The notes under the pieces were generated by a model that worked only from the letters and a program-made list of their open reading frames with translations, made no database searches and was not told the DNA's origin. From NCBI GenBank assembly GCA_044222185.1, contig JBGANV010000002.1, forward strand, positions 672,001-736,000: 64,000 nt of DNA, given 5' to 3'. Below are positions 57,174 to 64,000 of this stretch, piece by piece. Origin of the DNA: Planctomycetota bacterium. Its GTDB lineage: Bacteria; Planctomycetota; GCA-002687715; CAIWVZ01. Position numbers and translations under genes: made by a program. Within the stretch, counting starts at the first letter, position 1, and each line of letters starts with the position of its first letter.

Positions 57174-59531
57174 ATGCCCTCCAACAAGGCGCGCCCGTCG
57201 CCGACCGTCGCTGAACTCCGCCCCGCGTTTCCGCACTGGGAGAAGATCAAGGATGTGATCGACCAGTGCCTCGACCTGACCCTGAACCACAGACAGAGCG
57301 GGCATCCCGGAGGGTCGCGCAGCAAGGTCCACGCGCTCGTGACGACGCTGCTGTCGGGAGCCATGCGCTGGGACATCCGGGAACCGGGCAAACGGTTTGC
57401 GGACCGCTTCGTGCTCGTCGCCGGGCACGTCAATCCGCTCGTGTACGCCACGTTGGCGGTGCTCAATGACGCCATGGCGATCCGCCATCAGCGAACGGGC
57501 GACAAACGCTTCCTGGTGAACCGCTTCGAGGAGTTCGCACTCCTTCCGAAGCACCTCCTCGACCTGCGCCGCAACGGCGGATTGCCGGGGCACGCCGAGA
57601 TGGAAGGGCGGACGCTCTTCTTCAAGTTCAACACCGGCCCGTCTGGGCACGGTTCGCCCGCCGCGGCCGGTGAGGCGGCGGCGTTGAAGCTGGCCGGTTG
57701 TCCCGAGGTGAAGGTGTTCGCGTTCGAAGGCGAGGGCGGCCACACGACGGGCGCCACGCACGAGACGAAGAACTCCGCCTGGGGGCTGGGCCTCGAGAAC
57801 CTCGTCTACGTGCTCGACTGGAACGACTGGGGCATCGACCCCAATCCGTGCTCGTCGGTCGTCCCCGGTACGCCGGACGTCTGGTTCAAGTCCTACGGCT
57901 GGAAGGTCGCGGGCGCGGAGCAGGGGAGCGAGTGGGAAAGCGTGGCGACGGCATTCCATGACGCCTTGTTCACGCCCAATCCCGAGAAGCTCCCCCAATG
58001 CGTGTGGGTGAAGACCATCAAGGGACGGGGTTACGGCGTCACGGGATACAAGTCGCACGGCAAGTCGCACGACCGCAATTCCGACGCTTTCTGGGCCACG
58101 AAGAAGGAGTTCGCGGACAAGTACGGCGTCACGTTCGACTCGTTCGGAAAGCCCGATCCGAAGGACGCAGCGGAGGCGCGGCGCCAGACGGCGGCCAATC
58201 TCGAGGTCGCTCTGTCGGTGATCCGCAACGACGAAGCGTGCCTGAATTACCTGACCGACCGGCTGGTCGAACTCGGCGACTCGGTGCCGCAGGAGATCGC
58301 CACCTGCCGCGTGACGGGGACGAAGGACCCGTCCACGGACCCCGTGATCACCGACTACCGCAACTACCCCGCGTCGCTGTTCGCGAAACCTGGTGAGAAG
58401 GCAGCGAACGGAAAAGGCTTCGCCACGTTCGGCGCGTGGCTCAACGCCCACGGCCGGCAGCATTACGGCCGCCCGCTCGTCATCGCCTGCTCCGCCGATC
58501 TCGCCGAGTCGACGAACATCGCGGGGTTTTCCAAGGACTTCGAGGGTGTGAAGGGCTTCGGCTGGTACGACCGCAACAAGAACGTCGAGGGATCACTCCT
58601 CCCTCAACAGATCACCGAGTTCACGAACGCGGGGATCATGGTCGGGCTCGCCACGGTCAACTTCTCCAACACCCCCTACGAGAACTACTGCGGGTTCTGG
58701 GGCGCGTGCTCCACGTACGGGTCGTTCTCGTACCTGAAGTACGGCCCCATGCGGCTCTTCTCCCAGCTCGCGCAGGACAGCGATCTGAAGGTCGGGAAGG
58801 TGATCTGGGTCGCGGGACACTCGGGGCCCGAGACGGCGGAGGACAGCCGCACGCACTTCGGGATCTTCGCGCCCGGAGTGACGCAGCTGTTCCCCGACGG
58901 GCACGTCATCAACATCTACCCCTACGAGCACAACGAGGTCGCCCCGCTGCTCGGCGCGGCCATCGCCAGTGGCGCGCCCATCATCGCGCTGCATCTCACG
59001 CGGCCGCCGATCAACATCCCCGATCGGGCGAAGCTGGGCATGCCGTCGCATCTCGAGGCCGCGCGCGGCGCCTACGTCATGCGCGACTACCGCAAGGATC
59101 AGCCACGGGGCGGGTGCCTCTTCGTACAGGGAACGTCCACCACGTCCGAGCTGGTGAAGTTGATCGAGCAAGGCACGCTCGATCAGGAGAAGCTGAACGT
59201 GAAGATCGTGGCGACGCCCAGCTACGACCTCTTCCGTCGTCAATCCGAGGAGTATCGACGCAGCGTCGTCTCCGAACAGGACATGGCGGATTCGACCGTG
59301 CTCTCGAACTGCGGTCGCCGGCTCATGTACGACTGGATCGCGAACGCCGCGGCCGCCGAGTACGCCATGACTCCCGACTGGGACGATCGCTGGCGCACGG
59401 GCGGCTCGGTCGACGAGATCATCGACGAGTCGCACCTGAATGCGAAGTGGATCCTCGCAGGACTGAAGCGGTTCGTCGGCGATCGGCAGAAGCGCCTCGA
59501 TCGCCTGCGCGCGGCGATTCCGGCGTCGTAG
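57174..59531 (+). CDS. tkt: Transketolase-family ThDP enzyme (divergent)
   Basis: SGHPGGS, DRFVLVAGH, LPGHAE, TGPSGHG, KTIKGRG, SADLAEST and EDSRTH. The ThDP motif reads GEGG...DWN. Confidence 0.8.
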   Translation: MPSNKARPSPTVAELRPAFPHWEKIKDVIDQCLDLTLNHRQSGHPGGSRSKVHALVTTLLSGAMRWDIREPGKRFADRFVLVAGHVNPLVYATLAVLNDAMAIRHQRTGDKRFLVNRFEEFALLPKHLLDLRRNGGLPGHAEMEGRTLFFKFNTGPSGHGSPAAAGEAAALKLAGCPEVKVFAFEGEGGHTTGATHETKNSAWGLGLENLVYVLDWNDWGIDPNPCSSVVPGTPDVWFKSYGWKVAGAEQGSEWESVATAFHDALFTPNPEKLPQCVWVKTIKGRGYGVTGYKSHGKSHDRNSDAFWATKKEFADKYGVTFDSFGKPDPKDAAEARRQTAANLEVALSVIRNDEACLNYLTDRLVELGDSVPQEIATCRVTGTKDPSTDPVITDYRNYPASLFAKPGEKAANGKGFATFGAWLNAHGRQHYGRPLVIACSADLAESTNIAGFSKDFEGVKGFGWYDRNKNVEGSLLPQQITEFTNAGIMVGLATVNFSNTPYENYCGFWGACSTYGSFSYLKYGPMRLFSQLAQDSDLKVGKVIWVAGHSGPETAEDSRTHFGIFAPGVTQLFPDGHVINIYPYEHNEVAPLLGAAIASGAPIIALHLTRPPINIPDRAKLGMPSHLEAARGAYVMRDYRKDQPRGGCLFVQGTSTTSELVKLIEQGTLDQEKLNVKIVATPSYDLFRRQSEEYRRSVVSEQDMADSTVLSNCGRRLMYDWIANAAAAEYAMTPDWDDRWRTGGSVDEIIDESHLNAKWILAGLKRFVGDRQKRLDRLRAAIPAS

Positions 59532-59537
59532 TGAGGC

Positions 59538-59566
59538 GGCGCGCGGAGCGGGGCGCTCTGCGCGTC
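59538..59566. terminator. Stem-loop between convergent tkt and kinase genes
   Basis: GCGCGGAGCG-GGG-CGCTCTGCGC stem with one G-U pair. Confidence 0.45.
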
Positions 59567-62189
59567 AACCGCCGGTGAGGGCCCGCACCGGCCGCGCACC
59601 CGTGACGCCATTCGCGGTCGACGGGCTCAACGCGTTGCGATGGGACGACCGCGTCCGCATCGTCGAATCCATGAGGCTGCCGCCGCGAGCGACACGCAGT
59701 TCCTGGATCGCATCGCGGATGAGTCCGTCGCCATCGCGGAAGCCGTTGGCGTAATTTCCCAGACGATCCTCGCACCACTCGGCCACGTTGCCGTACACGT
59801 GGTGCAGCCCGAACGGATTCGCCCGGAGGCTGTTGATCGGCGCATAGCGCGGGAAGCCGTCGTCGAAGTCCGGCCAGTCCATCGTCTCTCGCCAGGTCGC
59901 GCCGGCGCGCTTGGCCGAGAGATCGGCGATGTTGACGCTGCCTCGCAACGACTCGCGCTCCCGTCCCGTCCACCACGGCGAGTCCGTGTCGCCACGCGCG
60001 GCGTATTCCCACTGAGCCTCGGTGGGGAGTTTGAGTCCGAGATGGGGGAGAGTCAGGCGACACGCCACGTGGGAGGCCCAGCCCAAGGGCGACAGCGTCT
60101 CTCCCATGTTGACCGTGAGCTTGGGGATCTCGATCGCGTGAGGGTTCGGGTCATGCTCGGTCGCCCGTGCCCACTGATCGAGAGACATCTCGAACTTGGA
60201 GATGAAGAACGGGTCGAGCCGCACGCGTGTCACCGGCGATTCCGTCTCGGCGGCCTGGCCGTCGAATCTCGCTTCGAATTCGTCTGCGGCCTGAGCGCCG
60301 ATGCGTGTCTCGCCTCCCGGCAGGAGCACGAGGACGATCCCCGTCGATTCCGTGATCGGGAGCGTGCCGTCTGCCGTCCGGGTGGGAATCGGACCGACGT
60401 GGGTACGCAGGTGCAGGAACTCCTGCAGCTTCGATGCCGGGTTTGCTCCCAGCGGCACGAGGCCGACCTGCGGAACGAGCTTCAGTCCGCGAAAGCGAGG
60501 ATCCGCGGCCACTTCGCGAGCGCACCGCTCCCACGCCTCGCGGTGGTCGTCGATGGAGCGGCGTTGGAGCGCGGCCGCGAACTCCATGCGTTCTTCGATG
60601 CTGGTGAGCGTCCCGGTGGCCGTCGTCATGGCGCTCAGGTCGTCGACGAGTTTCGCCAGCAGGTCGTGCTCCCATTGTTCCGCCGTGGTTCCGAATCGGG
60701 GTGGCGCCGTGGACGTCGCTGGATCCCACCGTGCCCGCTTGCGCAGGTCGTTCAGCGTCGCGACGTGCATCCCCAGCCGCGTGAGGAGCGAGCGGGCCTC
60801 GTCGCGCCACGCCGTGAGGGCCGGAAGCTGGGGAGGCTCCGCCGGCCAGAGATCCGCGGCGCGCGCGACGAGCTGGTCGACGAGCTTCTGATCGGAGAGC
60901 CGCTGGAGCTTCTCGAGCGCGACGGTCTTGGCTGCGGCTTCGTCGACCGCGAGACTGGCGACGTGGTTGGCCCGGTTGCGCTCGGAGATCGCGAAACACA
61001 GACCGGTGACGAGCGAGACCAGCGCGAGCCCGGCCATCGTCACGGCGGCGAGATGGCGCCGAACGAACTTCCGCGCTCGGTACACGGCGCTGGGGGGCCG
61101 CGCCAGGATGGGCTCGTTCGCCAGCGCGCGGCGGATGTCAGCGGCCAGTTCGGAGGCGGTGGCGTAGCGCTGCTCCTTGTCCTTTTCGATGGCGCGTGCG
61201 GCGATCGTCTCGACGTCTCCGCGGAGCGCCGGATCCACGAGTCCGAGGCGCGGAGCCTCGTGGTCGCGGATCGCCGTCAAGGCGTCGAAGATCGCAATCC
61301 CCGTGACGGCGTGCGGCGGCTTGCCGGCGAGGAGTTCGTAGAGCATCACGCCGATGGCGTAGACGTCCGTTCGCGTATCGACGGCGTGCGGGTCCCCGAG
61401 CGTCTGCTCCGGACTCATGTAGGCGAGCGTGCCGAGGATCTCGCCGGCGGTGGTCGAGAGCGTGGCGATCCCCAGCTCCTTCTCGTGGAACCGTGCGACG
61501 CCGAAGTCGAGGATCTTGACCTGACCCGCGCGATCCACGAGGACGTTCGCCGGTTTGAGGTCCCGGTGGACCACGCCGCGCTGGTGTGCGTGCGCGATGG
61601 CGTCGCAGATCGAGGCGATGAGCTCGAGCCTCGCGCGGAGGCCGAGCTGCGCAGCTCGTGCGGCTTCCGTGAGCGGCACGCCGTCGATCAGCTCCATGGC
61701 GAAATAGGGGACGTCTCCGGACGCGGTCGGGTGAAGCCCGGCCTCGTACACGTGCGCGATGCCCGGATGGTTGAGGATCCCGAGGACCTCGGCCTCGAGC
61801 GCGAATCGGTGACGGAGGGCCGCCGACCCGAGGCCGCTCCGCATCATCTTCAGCGCGACGCTGCGGTTCGGGTGCTCCTGCCGAGCCTCATACACCGTCC
61901 CCATGCCACCGGAGGCGACGACGCGAACGACCGTGAACGGGCCCACGAGGGTCCCCGGCTCGAGGACGGCGCCGTGCGCATCCGAGAGGGGGGGCGACTC
62001 CGGTCGCAGGGCGCAGAACGTGTCGTCGTCCGCGTCCTCGTCCAGCAGGGCGCGCAACTCGCGCTCGGTGTCGGGCTGCTTCGCGCGCAGCTCCTCGAGC
62101 CACGCCGCGCGATCCTCGGGGTCGAGACCGCGGGCCGTATGGAAGAGCGCTTCGAGGCGCTGGAACTCGTCTCTGCGGGACTGGTTCAA
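59565..62189 (-). CDS. Ser/Thr protein kinase with a TM segment and C-terminal FGE-sulfatase domain
   Basis: ASGGMGTVY, HRDLKPANV, DFG and GTLAYMSPEQ. TM segment. LPTEAQWEYAARG, NPFGLHHVYGNVAEWC and RGGS. TTG start overlaps the sigma factor stop (TTGA). Confidence 0.92.
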   Translation of the reverse strand: MNQSRRDEFQRLEALFHTARGLDPEDRAAWLEELRAKQPDTERELRALLDEDADDDTFCALRPESPPLSDAHGAVLEPGTLVGPFTVVRVVASGGMGTVYEARQEHPNRSVALKMMRSGLGSAALRHRFALEAEVLGILNHPGIAHVYEAGLHPTASGDVPYFAMELIDGVPLTEAARAAQLGLRARLELIASICDAIAHAHQRGVVHRDLKPANVLVDRAGQVKILDFGVARFHEKELGIATLSTTAGEILGTLAYMSPEQTLGDPHAVDTRTDVYAIGVMLYELLAGKPPHAVTGIAIFDALTAIRDHEAPRLGLVDPALRGDVETIAARAIEKDKEQRYATASELAADIRRALANEPILARPPSAVYRARKFVRRHLAAVTMAGLALVSLVTGLCFAISERNRANHVASLAVDEAAAKTVALEKLQRLSDQKLVDQLVARAADLWPAEPPQLPALTAWRDEARSLLTRLGMHVATLNDLRKRARWDPATSTAPPRFGTTAEQWEHDLLAKLVDDLSAMTTATGTLTSIEERMEFAAALQRRSIDDHREAWERCAREVAADPRFRGLKLVPQVGLVPLGANPASKLQEFLHLRTHVGPIPTRTADGTLPITESTGIVLVLLPGGETRIGAQAADEFEARFDGQAAETESPVTRVRLDPFFISKFEMSLDQWARATEHDPNPHAIEIPKLTVNMGETLSPLGWASHVACRLTLPHLGLKLPTEAQWEYAARGDTDSPWWTGRERESLRGSVNIADLSAKRAGATWRETMDWPDFDDGFPRYAPINSLRANPFGLHHVYGNVAEWCEDRLGNYANGFRDGDGLIRDAIQELRVARGGSLMDSTMRTRSSHRNALSPSTANGVTGARPVRALTGG

Positions 62190-62764
62190 GGCGTGGGTTC
62201 GGTGCGCAGTCGCGACTTGAGCCACGATCGGGCGAAGCTCCAGTCGGCCTTGACCGTCGCGGGCGAGATGTCGAGGGCGCGTGCCGCCTCCTCCACGCTG
62301 AGCCCCGCGTAGTACCGGAGCAGGACCACGTCGTGCTTGCGGCGGTCGAGCGTCTCCAGCTCGGGGAGGAGTTCCTCGAGTGCGAGGACTTCATCCCACT
62401 GGGTTTTCTGGGGCTGACTCACGCCCGTGAGCGGGACGCGCTCCCGGTCGCCACCGTGCTTGCCGCGACGCGCCTTGCGGGCCCGCTCCACGAGGATGCG
62501 CCGCATGGCGCGCGCAGCCGACCCGAAGAAATGCGACCGGTGTTCCCAAGGGGTCGGGTGCGGCCCCATGAGTCGCACCCATGCCTCATGCACGAGGGCC
62601 GTCGGCTCGATCGTCTGGTCGCTGCCTTCGCGCGCGAGGTGGCGCCGCGCCAGGCTTCGAAGCGTCTCGTAGATGAGGGGGAGCACTTCGTCCGCGGCGG
62701 CGGCGTCGCCATTCCCGGCGGCTTTCAAGAGTTCGGTCAGACCTTCGCGATCGGGCAGGTTCAT
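62186..62764 (-). CDS. ECF sigma factor, kinase-associated type (Sigma70_ECF / ECF43-like)
   Basis: LPLIYETLRSLA, TIEPTALVHEAWVRL, HFFGSAARAMRRILVE, LRYYAGLS.EE and DWSFARSWL. Confidence 0.92.
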   Translation of the reverse strand: MNLPDREGLTELLKAAGNGDAAAADEVLPLIYETLRSLARRHLAREGSDQTIEPTALVHEAWVRLMGPHPTPWEHRSHFFGSAARAMRRILVERARKARRGKHGGDRERVPLTGVSQPQKTQWDEVLALEELLPELETLDRRKHDVVLLRYYAGLSVEEAARALDISPATVKADWSFARSWLKSRLRTEPTP

Positions 62765-62991
62765 GCGACTGCATGAAGCTTAGCCCACGCTGCGACGGCC
62801 GGCAGGCGCGCCCCATTCGCCCTCCCAGGGGCCGTGCGGTTTCGCGTCGGCGTCAAGGCGATGGGCGCCGAGACGGAGCGCGAGCAGCCTCGGACCTGCG
62901 TCGTGGCCCGGGAAACGCGCGCTTCGACGACGGTCGCGACCGCCGTCGGGCGATGGGCCCGGCGATTGCTTCTGTCGCGGAGAGTGCCTCC

Positions 62992-63831
62992 ATGATCCAC
63001 CGCCTCATGACCACGTTGACCCTCGCCCTGGTGCTCGGGCCGCTCCTTCGGGCCGACGAACTGCATCTGAAGGATGGCCGCGTGTTCGAGGGCAAGGTCG
63101 TGTCGCGCACCGATCGGGAGCTCGTCTTCCGCACCCGTACCAGCGAGATCACCTTCGAGCTCTCCCGGGTGGATCACGTCGTGCCGAAGACGACCGTCTT
63201 CGACGCGTACGCCGAGAGGACGGCGCGGCCCCTCTCGGTTCCCGAGCGGGAGGTCCTCGCGCAGTGGTGCAAGGACCAACGGCTCACCCGCGAGTGGCGC
63301 ACCGAGCTCGACAAGATCCTCGCCGTCGATCCCGACAACGCATTCGTCCACGACGAGCGGGGCGAGGTCCGGGTGGAGGGGCGATGGCTGCCGCGCGATC
63401 AGGCCATGCCCAAGCTCGGTTACGTGAAACGCGCAGGGAAGTGGGTCACCACCGCCGAGGCCAGAAAGATCGATGCGGCCGACGCGGAGAAGAAGCGCCT
63501 CGCCGCGTTGCAGCGGCGGCTGAACGATCTGGTGTCGGCTCTCTTCGACGAGTCGCAGGCCGCGTCGGACGCGGCGCTCGTTCGCCTCTTCGACATCGCG
63601 AAGAAGGAGGACATCGCTGGCCTCGATGACGTCGTGCGTGCGCTGCACTCGGCTGCCAGGCGCGTGCGCACGGGCGCCGACGTGCTCACGGAAGTGCGAT
63701 TGCAGGACACGAAACTCCTCGGCATCGAGAAGCGTCAGGTGAGCCTCGCGAGCGGAACTCCCGTGACGATCGAGTTGCCGCGCACGCGCAGCGTGAGCCT
63801 CGGCACGACGGTGATCATTCCCGCGCGGTGA
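62992..63831 (+). CDS. Secreted hypothetical protein
   Basis: Signal peptide ending LRA-DELHLKDGRVFEG, a common N-terminal domain start in planctomycete secreted proteins. LAQWCKDQRL...VDPDN TPR-like segment and LGYVKRAGKWVT. GGAG RBS. Confidence 0.75.
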   Translation: MIHRLMTTLTLALVLGPLLRADELHLKDGRVFEGKVVSRTDRELVFRTRTSEITFELSRVDHVVPKTTVFDAYAERTARPLSVPEREVLAQWCKDQRLTREWRTELDKILAVDPDNAFVHDERGEVRVEGRWLPRDQAMPKLGYVKRAGKWVTTAEARKIDAADAEKKRLAALQRRLNDLVSALFDESQAASDAALVRLFDIAKKEDIAGLDDVVRALHSAARRVRTGADVLTEVRLQDTKLLGIEKRQVSLASGTPVTIELPRTRSVSLGTTVIIPAR

Positions 63832-64000
63832 TCGCGTCGAACCTTCGCGAGACCTCGTGCGATGGGGGACGTCCCACGTGTGTCGCCGGTGTGGCCCACG
63901 CGTGGTTCGTCTCGACCTGGTCCGTAGAGATGATCCTGCTGCGTCACACCGGCGACGTCATGTCTGCGCAGCGTGGTGATGCCGACACCCGATGAACGCC

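Noticed and set aside
59640-62312. Very long antisense ORFs (890 aa here; also 38032-40500, 33424-35652, 10830-12788 and 56961-58463)
   Set aside because: These are shadow frames opposite well-supported genes, expected in high-GC DNA where stops are scarce. They show no recognisable motifs.

Overview
High-GC chromosomal window, most likely from a Planctomycetota bacterium. This is inferred from four Hanks-type Ser/Thr kinases, kinase-linked ECF sigma factors, secreted HEAT, FG-GAP and NHL proteins, and lpxA. About 38 genes can be supported. Housekeeping genes are rpsO-pnp, a cold-shock protein, a divergent transketolase, lpxA, Hsp20, a TlpA-like redoxin and an MscK-like channel. Signalling genes are two ECF plus kinase-FGE modules, two kinase-TPR proteins, a LytS/LytTR pair and a PAS-GAF hybrid kinase. 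Accessory loci are an Mre11/Rad50-like pair leading an amidase-EEP-kinase operon, a pilV/pilW/pilX-like minor pilin operon with unusual inserted genes, a B12-radical-SAM/GNAT/GNAT operon facing a SPASM-type radical SAM gene, a tandem pair of unknown secreted paralogs, a 1305-aa Ig/NHL surface protein next to a GT-C-like membrane protein, and a frameshifted Uma2 pseudogene. No rRNA, tRNA, CRISPR array, integrase or transposase was recognised. The best leads are: (1) a candidate C-terminal sorting domain on unrelated secreted proteins; (2) the radical-SAM/GNAT envelope-tailoring cluster; (3) the minor pilin operon; (4) kinase-FGE sensors that share an unnamed domain; (5) candidate RNA regulators upstream of rpsO and hsp20. 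All family calls come from motif recognition by eye, with no database searches, and many start codons were moved downstream of the ORF-track starts.
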